Below, piece by piece: positions 25,840-35,678 of a stretch of DNA of 64,000 nt. Origin of the DNA: a phage; the sequence record PZ445448.1, one strand, 5' to 3'. The first letter of the stretch is position 1; each line of letters opens with the position of its first letter. Below the pieces are notes generated by a model, which made no database searches, was not told where the DNA came from, and saw only the letters and a list, made by a program, of their open reading frames with translations. The translations under genes and the position numbers were made by a program.

Positions 25840-28310
25840 TCCTCCTACCACAAACGGCCCAGCCTGGCAAGTGGAATAATTGACTAGCCATCAATCCCAC
25901 ACACTGTACAAATATACATGGAAAATAACTATTGCATAATTTTTCATTGTGTGGTAGCAGGTCCATTTTTACCCGTTTTCTCTCTCAAAATTGCACGTAA
26001 TGCCGCTATTGCACAAAATTTAACCTGATGCACATCTTCAATATCTTGTCAACAACTAAAAATCTTTATAAGTCATACACTTACACACTCACAAAAGCGT
26101 GTTCTACGTGAAAAATCGAGTATAACTATAGCCGCCAGATCTCAGAATTTACGTACGCTCACCATTCTATAGTCTGCTAAGTATTTATTCCAACCATGGA
26201 ATAACGGAATAGTCAATACCTGCATAAAATAATTATTCGTGTAAACTGCATAACATAAATCAGCTCAGGTGTCAACATTTTTCGTAAACAGTCCGAAATT
26301 GTCACGGTGAGTTATCATAAACAGAGAAATATTTAGTCGTCTAATGTTTACTGTACATTACTATACTGACTGGAATCATTAGATGACTAAGAGAAAGATA
26401 AGAAATAATTAACAATACAATTATTTTATCTGTAACAATAAGGCAACTATGCAAACGAATGGCATGGCGCGACGGAGTCGCGACATAATATAAAAGCAGT
26501 AACCATCACCCCCGTGATAGTTTGTCTGCAAACTATTAATCAGATCATAGTTGCCTTGTATTTAGTTAATCATGACATAACAAGCAAGGCAACTATAGAT
26601 CTTCTAATAGTTGCCCTGCTTTTATATTATGTCATAGAAACACCCGAAGGGGTGACCAAAGGTCACCTGGCATGGCCAGTGAAAGATTATTAACTTGTTA
26701 ATTGTTAACTTGCTAATTGTTTTCATGCAAACGAATGTCATGGCTTATCCTATCTGTGTAAACAGTCAAGGTGTAAACTATCCAGGCGTAAACAATCTAT
26801 ACGTGAACAGTGAAACATGAAATAATAACAGTCGTTATTGTGTCGAAAGTGTATAAGGTGTCATAGTATGTCAGACAAGTTTTTCTCCTCTTTGTCAAGT
26901 GCTGCATGAAAAATTTACAAGCTTGTATGGTAGCATTTTTGCTGCCCTGTTTACATTCAGTTGTGTATGTATAACCCTTGTTGTGTGGGCGTTTAGACGT
27001 CTAGACGGTTGGAAGTCCGCAGGTTAATATCTAATCTATTGGCTGCTAACTATATCCCACACAAATAGTAAGAAATATAATTGTTATGTGCGTAAACAGT
27101 AACTCATGTTATCAATCCCTGTATGTATCGCCAGTGGTGCGCATAATGGGTATTATGTTAAATTGCCCGTAATGATAACTATTCTCACAATGATAGGTAT
27201 TCTCATTCACTCCCACAAGATAGGTTGCAAATGTTGTGCCACTGTGTGAACGGCCTCACCTATTAATTTGCCTCACTGCCTCGATATTTGAGAATTGTTA
27301 TAAGAATGAGAAGTATTCCCATTTCGTCCGCCTGGCAGCACTCCAGTCGCTACCGCTCATGACAGGGCAGAACTAGACCCTCTTCAGATATTTCTGGCTG
27401 ACTCTTCAGGCCTGTGTGGGAAAAGCCAACCTCTCCGGCGGCGGGGAGGGGTTTGTCAGGAAAATTGCAGGTCAATTAAAAAATTTACGTGGTATATGAA
27501 GCGCTCTTCAGGTAAGGCATGTATTATGGGATGAAACCCTCTTCAGGCAATGATATTTGTGGGTGTGATATTTGCTGGAAAGCCAGATATGACGGGACTC
27601 CCGGCGGGGCAGGGGTAGTACAGACAGGGGAAATATGGAGGATGTAGTTGGGGGAGTTGATCAAACAGGTAGAGTATGGAATATGTTACAAGTATGTTAA
27701 ATATGGAGGGTGGATATCTGTAGGATTTATGTGTAAAATCAAAGACTTAAGTGGTGTTGTGGTATTTTCTATAAATAATTCAAGTTTAATAGGTAATATT
27801 TGTCTCTATCCGCTTTGTGTGGTAAACAAATTCAGATGGTGTTGGTTTACAAGTGTATACATAATATACAAATTAAAGATACAAGAAACCCCCCTCCCCC
27901 TTCGGCTACCATTCACCTTTTCCTCTGACTGGTACTTAAACACTTATTCAGACTCTTCAGGTTATCACCCATATATCATATGGCAGTGACTGGTGTCCTC
28001 CGGCCCCTCTTTCGTCACCCGTCCGCTTCGCCATGCTAATGCCATAGCCAATGGTTCGGTTGTTCACCCTGTTCACTCAGGTGTATCTCCATACCCCTTC
28101 AAACCGAAGAGAACAGAAAACCCGAATTACTCGGTAAAAGAAAAGAGAAGAACTTAATTTTATCAGGATAGGCAAGAATGTCAAGGCATGACTGCTCACT
28201 AAACAAGCAAACAGTCATGTGTGGGAGGTAAGTGATTGTGGTGGTAGGAAATTTAGTTGAAAGATGTGTTATAGGTGCTCCCAGCACTTTAGCCGGGTAG
28301 CTAATTGTGT
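25840..28310. repeat. 2.5-kb repeat-rich noncoding convergent intergenic region
   Basis: No convincing ORF; GGCAACTAT/ATAGTTGCC inverted repeats, GGTGACCaaaGGTCACC palindrome, GTAAAC clusters, CTCTTCAGG x5-6, G-rich motifs. Confidence 0.6.
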
Positions 28311-28311
28311 G

Positions 28312-28527
28312 TCAGTCCAGTGGTTCATCACCTACTTCACTGAAATCAATGTTCATGGTCTCCTCCCAACCATCAATCTCAGCACCAGAGTAGAGATCTT
28401 TAGGACTTACTCCCAAAGCATCAGCAACAGAGTCCATATTTAACACCTCTGGCAGGTATGATTTATCGAATTCAAGGTAAATCAGGCCACGAGTATTGTC
28501 AGCTCCACCAAATATTTCTATCTTCAT
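28312..28527 (-). CDS. hypothetical acidic protein
   Basis: 71-aa ORF, first gene of minus block. Confidence 0.45.
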   Translation of the reverse strand: MKIEIFGGADNTRGLIYLEFDKSYLPEVLNMDSVADALGVSPKDLYSGAEIDGWEETMNIDFSEVGDEPLD

Positions 28528-28648
28528 GAAATCTCCTCTGGAAATGAGAGTGTGAACAGGGTTTTATACGTTCCGATGCACAGGAATTATGCACGTTTTC
28601 CTCTTCAGGCCATGCTTTAGCATGAGGAACCTGTGTGGGCTCGGTGCT

Positions 28649-29062
28649 TCATAGTCTACCACCCCTGAACTCTTCGTGCTCAGGCATAATAGAGAACCAG
28701 ATATCTACGATGTCTTCCCACGTTAGGTCATCAGCCTCAGGATCTACCTGGAGCAAAGATGGAGAATCTTCAGAATCGAAGTTTTCCTCTTGCACTGGCT
28801 CAGTCAAGGGACATATAGTCACTCCTTTGGATGTCTCTTCAGATGCATGCGTGTTTATCATGTTCCACCCGTGAGTATTCCGGCAACAGCCGCTATGGAC
28901 GTAATGATCATCAGAATAACCACCAAAACCTCTGACAATGTTTTCATTGTGTATCCCATATTCTCCAAACGATGTGTGGATACTATCACTGGAGCGGCAA
29001 TGTGTCAACAGAAACGCCGCGAGGGTTTGGTTAAAATCCGAGCGTATGGTGATTTGGGTCAA
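28649..29062 (-). CDS. hypothetical protein (start uncertain)
   Basis: Acidic C-terminal half; minus promoter TTGACA..TAGTAT near 28960-28995 suggests internal start ~28861. Confidence 0.3.
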   Translation of the reverse strand: MTQITIRSDFNQTLAAFLLTHCRSSDSIHTSFGEYGIHNENIVRGFGGYSDDHYVHSGCCRNTHGWNMINTHASEETSKGVTICPLTEPVQEENFDSEDSPSLLQVDPEADDLTWEDIVDIWFSIMPEHEEFRGGRL

Positions 29063-29221
29063 AACGGACGTGCGTTCTCGCTACGCTCGAAATATAGAGT
29101 TGTTTGTAGGAAGCTCTTAAACGCTCTGTAACGAGATTATCTGTCCAAGGTATGCAATCGTGCACCAGATAAAGAAAAGGACGCCACAGAGCGTCCTAGG
29201 TGTCTTAAATTTGATATTTTG

Positions 29222-29533
29222 TTATACCCATGAGGGTTTATCAAGGTTGGAGTAGCTGAAAGGTGTCAAAAGGTGATTGTCAAAATCTCTCAAACTATCC
29301 AGATCTTTCTCCTCGTCCTGACACCATCTGTGCCTACATTTATTGTTGTAGTGCATAGAATGCATAGCGTTCTGCAACTTAACAGGTACAAGTGATTCAG
29401 GAGTAGATAGTATTGTTGGGTATGCCAGAACCACCTCAAACAGTGGAAACACATCGAAACTAAAGTCTACCTCTGCAGAGGTTGATGGCATGTAAGAGTA
29501 TTTAGCCGCCTTTGTAGACATAATCCACCTCAC
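29222..29533 (-). CDS. hypothetical protein
   Basis: 103-aa ORF, stop/start overlap with neighbour. Confidence 0.45.
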   Translation of the reverse strand: MRWIMSTKAAKYSYMPSTSAEVDFSFDVFPLFEVVLAYPTILSTPESLVPVKLQNAMHSMHYNNKCRHRWCQDEEKDLDSLRDFDNHLLTPFSYSNLDKPSWV

Positions 29534-29856
29534 ACAGGTTTGATAATACCTTTACCGAATAATTCTTCGTATCTAATCTTATCCGGATCCCACTCCTGGA
29601 TAATTTCGAAGACAATATCCAACCCAGGGATAATCACTTCTCCAGTGTCAAGTTTGGCAAGAACAAAACCAGAAGGCTGAATGGTTTCCCAGTTGCGCCG
29701 ATTGGAATAGAAGACCTCGAAAATATCGCCGACCTTTATCTGTTGATCAAGATGTTCAAGATTCTCTTTCATATAGACGCAGCGGATTTTTCGTGCAGGC
29801 CATAGACCACCTGCATCACGTTCATTTAGCTCTTTTACAGTAATCGGTATACCCAT
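29530..29856 (-). CDS. hypothetical protein
   Basis: 108-aa ORF. Confidence 0.5.
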   Translation of the reverse strand: MGIPITVKELNERDAGGLWPARKIRCVYMKENLEHLDQQIKVGDIFEVFYSNRRNWETIQPSGFVLAKLDTGEVIIPGLDIVFEIIQEWDPDKIRYEELFGKGIIKPV

Positions 29857-29911
29857 CTCAAATCTCCTTCATAGATAGTAAAAAGAGGGGCCCAAGCCCC
29901 CCTCTTTGTCA

Positions 29912-30217
29912 TTATTCTACAGAGCGTTTGAACAGAATGTCTGCCTCAGACATGTGCTCAACCTCTTCTTCGATTTTAGCGCGACGTTTTTCAGCCTCAT
30001 AGCGAATATCGAACTCGGTAGCCACCAGAGATTTGATGAATTTAGGAGAATACAGGTGATCCTGCTTCTCAACGAGAATGATATCCTTAATGGCATCTTT
30101 CAGATCTTTAATCTGAAGTTGGAGTTCTACCAGTTCTTCGATTGTTTTGCGAAGGCGATCACGCTCTGCAGTGTCAGAAGGAAGAGAGGTGAACAGTTCA
30201 ACTTTAGATTTAGCCAT
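29912..30217 (-). CDS. hypothetical coiled-coil protein
   Basis: 101 aa, charged heptad-like sequence. Confidence 0.5.
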   Translation of the reverse strand: MAKSKVELFTSLPSDTAERDRLRKTIEELVELQLQIKDLKDAIKDIILVEKQDHLYSPKFIKSLVATEFDIRYEAEKRRAKIEEEVEHMSEADILFKRSVE

Positions 30218-30245
30218 AGTAAGAGTCTCCTTATGTTGTTTTAAA

Positions 30246-30563
30246 TTAACGTTCTACAAAAATACCGTTCAGTTCAATAACCAGGAATTTCTGGTCTTCA
30301 CTATCGTCTCGTGCCAGCACCTCACAGACGTATCGGTCATCCCCATCATCATCGCAGTCAAATACAAGACTGAGGACTTTATCATGGTAAACCTTCGCAA
30401 CTACCGCCTCGTAAGTATTGCCGATTGTGAATCCAAGATAATCTCCGATGCATTTGACAACAACATGGTCTCCAGCATTTAAGTCAATCTTCGTCATTAC
30501 TGCGCTCCTTGGGTAATAATACTGTATGTAAAACTTTAACCAGAGATGTGAATAACGCCCCAA
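30246..30563 (-). CDS. hypothetical protein
   Basis: 105-aa ORF. Confidence 0.45.
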   Translation of the reverse strand: MGRYSHLWLKFYIQYYYPRSAVMTKIDLNAGDHVVVKCIGDYLGFTIGNTYEAVVAKVYHDKVLSLVFDCDDDGDDRYVCEVLARDDSEDQKFLVIELNGIFVER

Positions 30564-30652
30564 AACACACCGATAGCGCTAAAACAGACAAGGCCATCAT
30601 TAAAGCTTCAGTAAAATCAGTCATTCCTCACCTCTTGTTAGTCACTATACTA

Positions 30653-30916
30653 TCATTTATCCTTGTCGTCAAGAACTTTTTTAAATCTTTCAGGGATATC
30701 TCCCGTTCTTAGATAGTTCATGACCTCGCAAGGTTCCCACTTGAATTTCTTACAGAGCAGGGCGGCTGAGATTGTTTCATTGCGAAAAGAAAGGATATTA
30801 ATATCCCACTCTGAGAACCCCAACTTCCGAAGGGTAGCTACAGAAATCCTCACCGCAACCCAGCAGCAAAAACATGCAACAAACGCCACTGCTACAACCC
30901 ACATCAGGATGTTCAT
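30653..30916 (-). CDS. membrane protein
   Basis: N-terminal TM ILMWVVAVAFVACFCCWVAV. Confidence 0.45.
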   Translation of the reverse strand: MNILMWVVAVAFVACFCCWVAVRISVATLRKLGFSEWDINILSFRNETISAALLCKKFKWEPCEVMNYLRTGDIPERFKKVLDDKDK

Positions 30917-31005
30917 ATAAGCACCTTACTGAAATACAAGACACAGTGTTAAGGTTACTGACCAGCAAATAATTAACAGTGCCGTTGCAACCTTGGCAAG
31001 ATTTA

Positions 31006-31293
31006 TCATAGTGCCTCTAAGATTTCATATCCTTCGGGTCGGAATACAAGCCACTCCGTGGCTCCGTTTGGTCGATACGCTTTATACAGAACAACCTGGT
31101 CTCGGCACATGCACATGGCTACATAGTTTTCATCCACACCTGCAGCCTGCATTGCATCTTCTTCTCCGGCAACTGCTTTGCTTACAACTTCCTTGGTAGG
31201 CAGGTGTGCGATCAGCTCGTCACCATCATTAATTCCAAAATGGCTGAGTTCGCCGTTGGTATCTTTAATCTTAATCTTAACCAGATCTTTCAT
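31006..31293 (-). CDS. small acidic protein, MKxK paralog family
   Basis: 95 aa; tandem member of diverged family. Confidence 0.5.
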   Translation of the reverse strand: MKDLVKIKIKDTNGELSHFGINDGDELIAHLPTKEVVSKAVAGEEDAMQAAGVDENYVAMCMCRDQVVLYKAYRPNGATEWLVFRPEGYEILEAL

Positions 31294-31622
31294 TAGTCTT
31301 CCCCCAGGTTCAAAGGTCCTAAGATTTCATATGCCAGATTAGAAGTTACAAGAGGGTCTTCTGCGTCTTTAGTATTATACCACCCGTGAATAACCAGAGT
31401 CCCACTTTGTTTCATGTCCAACTGGAACTCTTCTGCCGTTTCCTCATCCAGCTCCAAGATTTCCATAAGGTATTTGATGTTAGGGAGGTATGCAGCTGTT
31501 ACAGTCCCCTCTACCAGACCTTCAGGCCAACCTACATCTGGATGACAAGTAGGAACCAGATTGGTCAGCTTAATGGTGTACGCTTTTTCTGCACGAGCCT
31601 TCAGTAACGGGTCAATCTTCAT
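31293..31622 (-). CDS. small acidic protein, paralog family
   Basis: 109 aa; shares start/stop nucleotide with neighbours. Confidence 0.5.
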   Translation of the reverse strand: MKIDPLLKARAEKAYTIKLTNLVPTCHPDVGWPEGLVEGTVTAAYLPNIKYLMEILELDEETAEEFQLDMKQSGTLVIHGWYNTKDAEDPLVTSNLAYEILGPLNLGED

Positions 31623-31972
31623 TATTCGTCCTCCTCTTCGGTACCTGCTTCCAGTAATAAGTTAAGAATATCTTCTGCACAAGGCTCATAGAACTCTTGG
31701 CCTTCATTATCGATGATTTTGTAGTCATCTCCGCGAATAATCAGAGGATCACTCTCAAAATTATCGAGACCTTTAACAACGACAACACGATCGATTGCCA
31801 TCATTGTAAGAACTTTATCGACATCTTCCTCTGCTACACCATACTGCAGCAGAATGTCTTTGGTAGGAGGAACAGCATCCACCACAACACCGTTACCAAA
31901 ACCTTCCGGTAAGTTAGCTAAAATATCTTCCGGAACCACACTAACATCAAAACCAGTAATTTCTACTTTCAT
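31622..31972 (-). CDS. small acidic protein, paralog family
   Basis: 116 aa; MKVEITG start, acidic tail. Confidence 0.5.
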   Translation of the reverse strand: MKVEITGFDVSVVPEDILANLPEGFGNGVVVDAVPPTKDILLQYGVAEEDVDKVLTMMAIDRVVVVKGLDNFESDPLIIRGDDYKIIDNEGQEFYEPCAEDILNLLLEAGTEEEDE

Positions 31973-32233
31973 TTACAGCACCTCTTCGTCAACTACTTCA
32001 TAAAAATGGCCTGGGATTGCAATAGCGTTCTCACCTTCACCTACAAACACAGTTCCGTCAAGAATCAACATCATAAGAGTTTCTGGAATATCCTCTTCCT
32101 GAACGTTGCCAAAACCTTTAATCAGCTCGTAGGTTGGAAGATTTACCTCTAAGATGTCACCATCTTTAGAGCGGAAATCAACACCATCCTGAATCTCTGC
32201 CATTTCAAGGTTTTTCAGTTTAATCTTCATCAA
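31973..32233 (-). CDS. small acidic protein, paralog family
   Basis: 86 aa; MMKIKLKNL...VVDEEVL; minus promoter TTGACA..AATAAT ~32262-32291. Confidence 0.5.
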   Translation of the reverse strand: MMKIKLKNLEMAEIQDGVDFRSKDGDILEVNLPTYELIKGFGNVQEEDIPETLMMLILDGTVFVGEGENAIAIPGHFYEVVDEEVL

Positions 32234-32309
32234 TCAGTCTCCCGTCTTGTTAAGATGAAGGTATTATTTCACACAGGGTTGGCGTTGTCAACACCTGTGT
32301 GCAAGAAAA

Positions 32310-32705
32310 TTACTGAAACAGTGCGGATAAATTACCTTCTGGTGGGAACTTATCTGCCAAAAACGGTGTTAGCACAGTAGCCTTCTGAAGATCTGGGGTC
32401 CACTCGTTGTTCAGAACATCCCAGTAGTACGCAATGTTGCTGTGTGGGTGCCGCATTACGAACTTTTTCCCTTCGTAGTCATCTGAAACCTCTACAGAAG
32501 AAATAACAACAGAATCTTCAAGGGTTTCTTCATAGAAAGATCCACCTTCAAATTTCCAACGAGATGCAAGAGCTCCTGCCTTGAACGCTGCAGATAACGG
32601 ACTGTCTGCAAGAACATACATTTCTTGCACTCTGTCGCTGCGATCTTTGCTTCTTACGTTGTATACAGTATCTGAGCTATACTCAACACGGTATAGGCTT
32701 ACCAT
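32310..32705 (-). CDS. hypothetical protein, paralog of 34512..34910
   Basis: Shared HP.S....YW......WTP motif. Confidence 0.5.
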   Translation of the reverse strand: MVSLYRVEYSSDTVYNVRSKDRSDRVQEMYVLADSPLSAAFKAGALASRWKFEGGSFYEETLEDSVVISSVEVSDDYEGKKFVMRHPHSNIAYYWDVLNNEWTPDLQKATVLTPFLADKFPPEGNLSALFQ

Positions 32706-33064
32706 TACCGCACCTCCTCAATAACTTCCACATCTGAGCCCACCACAAATGCAAAAGGACAGGTTTCATGAAAGACATCCGGATCGCCGCCAAGCTTGCT
32801 AACAATCTCTCCACCACTAATAAACACAAGCTCACCGATATTCATCAGATTGCTGAAATAGTACCCATAATGATTAAAGAATGCAGCAGGGTCAGGTAGA
32901 CTAGTAGCCTCAAGCACTACATCAGTTGAGGTTACTTTCTTATCATAACCTCTCGCCTTTTGAGATGCAAGATCTGCAGAATCCTCAGGCGACCGGAGAT
33001 GCACAGGAATTGTTTCACCAATAAAGCGTACTTTCATATTATCACCCAACAACCATAGCTTCAA
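32705..33064 (-). CDS. small acidic protein, paralog family
   Basis: 119 aa; ...DVEVIEEVR ending. Confidence 0.45.
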   Translation of the reverse strand: MKLWLLGDNMKVRFIGETIPVHLRSPEDSADLASQKARGYDKKVTSTDVVLEATSLPDPAAFFNHYGYYFSNLMNIGELVFISGGEIVSKLGGDPDVFHETCPFAFVVGSDVEVIEEVR

Positions 33065-33305
33065 AAGGGGTCATGAACGAATAAACGGCATCATCATCTG
33101 CTTCAGGGAATGCTCCCAAAGACTTCATGTCTGAGCCCTTGACAAATACAAGGTTTTGATCAAAAGCTTCTTGAGGATCAATCCGATACATATTTCGTAG
33201 AATATCGCCTACCTCCTCATCAAGAGGTGAGTATGCTGTGCACGTTTTTCCGATCAAGCTTTGAGAATCAGGGTATCCACCTGAAGTTTTAAAATAAACA
33301 ATCAT
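33042..33305 (-). CDS. hypothetical protein
   Basis: 87-aa ORF. Confidence 0.45.
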   Translation of the reverse strand: MIVYFKTSGGYPDSQSLIGKTCTAYSPLDEEVGDILRNMYRIDPQEAFDQNLVFVKGSDMKSLGAFPEADDDAVYSFMTPFEAMVVG

Positions 33306-33396
33306 ATAGTATCACCTCTGGTAAGAGATTGGGATTCCTTTCCCACAAATAATTACAAACCTTCCTTATCGAGGAAGTATGCTAATCCAAGCAGGA

Positions 33397-33666
33397 TTAT
33401 TCCTCTACAATCTCATACACATCCGGAGTTACAATCAACTCTTCTCCGTTACCCGGTGCAACAAACACCACCATGCCTTCAGGTGTGTGCTTTTTAGCCA
33501 TCTCGATAACATCTTCTCGCAGAGCTGGCTCCATCAGATCAAAACCTTCACCCAGGGCATCACGAACCACCTTCATATAGTCAACTGGTTGTGCTTCGAC
33601 AATCATACCTTCAACCAGTCCACAGTTTTTGTCTGCCAGCTCAGTTTTGAATAATTTAATTTTCAT
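33397..33666 (-). CDS. small acidic protein, paralog family
   Basis: 89 aa; MKIKLFK...YEIVEE. Confidence 0.5.
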   Translation of the reverse strand: MKIKLFKTELADKNCGLVEGMIVEAQPVDYMKVVRDALGEGFDLMEPALREDVIEMAKKHTPEGMVVFVAPGNGEELIVTPDVYEIVEE

Positions 33667-33803
33667 TTAGAGGTCTCCTCAATTATTTGATATTAATAGC
33701 CGTAACCTAACACATTAACTACAACTGCGATTGCAAACATAATTTCAAAGCATGCAATCTCTACATTTGGAACTAATTTCTTGATCACACCCATTGTAGC
33801 ACC

Positions 33804-34121
33804 TCATTCTCTAAAGTCAATCTTTACTTTGCCTTTCCCCTTACCTTTCTTTCCACCGCATTTAGCCAGTTGACGTGCTGCAACATCTACCATACGGTCA
33901 GTTGCCTCGTAAGCATCACTGCCTTTAGCTTTGGCAATAACTTCTTTTCCAGAATTGTCAAAAATGAACGCCATAACTTCCTGGTGATCATTTTCAACTT
34001 TTACACTCACACGTGCATAGTTGGCAGAGGGATGCAAACGCTCCAGCTTAGACATTTTGTGGGAAATGAAAGACACCATACCTTCAGTGATTTCTACGTT
34101 GCCAGTGATTTCAATTTGCAT
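33804..34121 (-). CDS. ribosome hibernation promoting factor (HPF/RaiA)-like protein
   Basis: MQIEITGNVEITEGM...KLERL...VKVE...ARQLAK parallels E. coli HPF MQLNITGNNVEITEAL...KLEQY...LKVE...ARQLTK; minus promoter ~34168-34196. Confidence 0.7.
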   Translation of the reverse strand: MQIEITGNVEITEGMVSFISHKMSKLERLHPSANYARVSVKVENDHQEVMAFIFDNSGKEVIAKAKGSDAYEATDRMVDVAARQLAKCGGKKGKGKGKVKIDFRE

Positions 34122-34203
34122 AACGTGTTCCTTTTAAAGAAGAGGGAACCAAACCCTCTTTGAAAACAATGATACTAAATCTGAAGCGTTGTGTCAACAG
34201 TTT

Positions 34204-34494
34204 TTACAGATTGTTGTCGATAGTTTTTAAAATATCCACAGCAAGATCTGCCATTTTTCGAACATACTCTGCAAACTCAACAGGATCCTTGATCAAAGAA
34301 TTCACAGGGTCGTACCCTAGAGCGTTCAAAATGGCTGCAGCATCTACAACCTTCTCATCATTTGCGAAGATCTCTCCATCAAACTTGTAGGTCCATTTTG
34401 AGTCAATCTTGGCAGGGAATGATTGGTCAACGCTTGTTACACCATCCTTTTTAAACGCTCCGGTGTTATCAGTGTCTAGAACTAAATCCATCAT
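34204..34494 (-). CDS. hypothetical protein
   Basis: 96-aa ORF. Confidence 0.5.
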   Translation of the reverse strand: MMDLVLDTDNTGAFKKDGVTSVDQSFPAKIDSKWTYKFDGEIFANDEKVVDAAAILNALGYDPVNSLIKDPVEFAEYVRKMADLAVDILKTIDNNL

Positions 34495-34511
34495 GTTAGT
34501 ACCTCACCGTT

Positions 34512-34910
34512 TCAGTTTAGCTTTTCTTCAACAACCCCATAGCTCGGGACAGAGTCAAGAGCTTTCTGGTTTAAAAGTGGTGTAGCAGAATCTGCAAACG
34601 GTGTCCAAGTTTTTGTTCTGGCATTCCAGTAATGCTTCACTCTGGAATCTGGATGCACTATAACAAAAACTTTTTCACTTGTCAACACATTAATTTCTTC
34701 TACACCCTTGCTGATAATTTCTCCGTCATAGCCACCAGTCTGGTATCCTTCGTACCAGGTTCTTGCATATGCATAGCCAGCCTGCCAGCATGCAGCCTCC
34801 TCCGAGGTGGAGACTACGTAGAAGTCTTTCTCAAATTCTGGGATACGCCCTTGCTTTACGCTCCAAGCTCCGCGAATTTTCATTGTAACTTTGAACAGTT
34901 TATTTTTCAC
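34512..34910 (-). CDS. hypothetical protein, paralog of 32310..32705
   Basis: VIVHPDSRVKHYWNARTKTWTP matches VMRHPHSNIAYYWDVLNNEWTP. Confidence 0.5.
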   Translation of the reverse strand: MKNKLFKVTMKIRGAWSVKQGRIPEFEKDFYVVSTSEEAACWQAGYAYARTWYEGYQTGGYDGEIISKGVEEINVLTSEKVFVIVHPDSRVKHYWNARTKTWTPFADSATPLLNQKALDSVPSYGVVEEKLN

Positions 34911-34922
34911 AACGGTTACCCA

Positions 34923-35177
34923 TCACAGCTCTACAATCTCTGCATCTGACCCTGCCCCAAAGGCATAATAGGATTCTTCCCCGAAATAATATTCCGGTGC
35001 ACCAGCAGCGATCAGGTCTGATCCCAAGATAAACACCACGTTGTGGCCTACATAACTGTGATGTTGCCGCACAGGATCATCCCACGGCAACCCTTCAAAG
35101 TATACCGCAGGAACGACCTTTCCCTTCAGGAAGGATTGTCCCAAGTAGACGTTAGAATCAAGAATTTTAACCTTCAT
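34923..35177 (-). CDS. small acidic protein, paralog family
   Basis: MKVKILDSNVYLGQ...DLIAAGAPEYYF...AEIVEL. Confidence 0.5.
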   Translation of the reverse strand: MKVKILDSNVYLGQSFLKGKVVPAVYFEGLPWDDPVRQHHSYVGHNVVFILGSDLIAAGAPEYYFGEESYYAFGAGSDAEIVEL

Positions 35178-35394
35178 TCTCGTCCTCCACTATCTCTACA
35201 TCCTCACCAAGGGCAAAGTTGTAGGTCCACTGGCTGTCAAAGCAGTCCTGAGATGCACCAGCGGAAATAAGATCTGCACCTTTTATTTTTAAAAGGTCAG
35301 GATAATCTTCGTTAGGGATAGCGGTAAACACTTTCCCCACTAAGGGCTCCTGACCAATATAGAAGCTTGAATCTAAAACTTTAACTTTCATCAA
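35167..35394 (-). CDS. small acidic protein, paralog family
   Basis: MKVKVLDSSFYIGQ...DLISAGASQDCF...VEIVEDE. Confidence 0.5.
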   Translation of the reverse strand: MMKVKVLDSSFYIGQEPLVGKVFTAIPNEDYPDLLKIKGADLISAGASQDCFDSQWTYNFALGEDVEIVEDENEG

Positions 35395-35678
35395 CGGTCT
35401 CCCTCAGGCGGTTGTGGGACGTAAACACTGTTACGAATATCGTCAGCAGTGTAGTAATAAGTGGTTCCAACCCTATCTCGGGCTGCAATGTACTCTGCTA
35501 TACCAATAAGTGCCATTGATTTGGTGGCGTATCTTCCCCACTCGTTAGCTCCCCAGTAGAATTTAGACCAGTAGGGAATAATACCGAACAAATATACCTT
35601 TTGACGAACTTCCCAGTAAGTGCCTTTTCCGACAAGTTTAAACTCTACTTCACTACTGTTAATCTTTTTCATTATCAA
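35391..35678 (-). CDS. hypothetical protein
   Basis: 95-aa ORF, W/Y-rich. Confidence 0.45.
   Translation of the reverse strand: MIMKKINSSEVEFKLVGKGTYWEVRQKVYLFGIIPYWSKFYWGANEWGRYATKSMALIGIAEYIAARDRVGTTYYYTADDIRNSVYVPQPPEGDR

Noticed and set aside
24048-25966. Minus ORFs 24048..24572 and 25736..25966
   Set aside because: Antisense to the promoter-driven plus-strand cassette; no expression signals
27377-27950. CTCTTCAGG repeats as a CRISPR array
   Set aside because: Repeat is only 9 bp and spacing is irregular; no regular repeat-spacer periodicity
27648-28287. ORFs 27648..27989 (+) and 28099..28287 (-) in the repeat region
   Set aside because: Low-complexity composition, no SD, embedded in repeat-rich noncoding DNA
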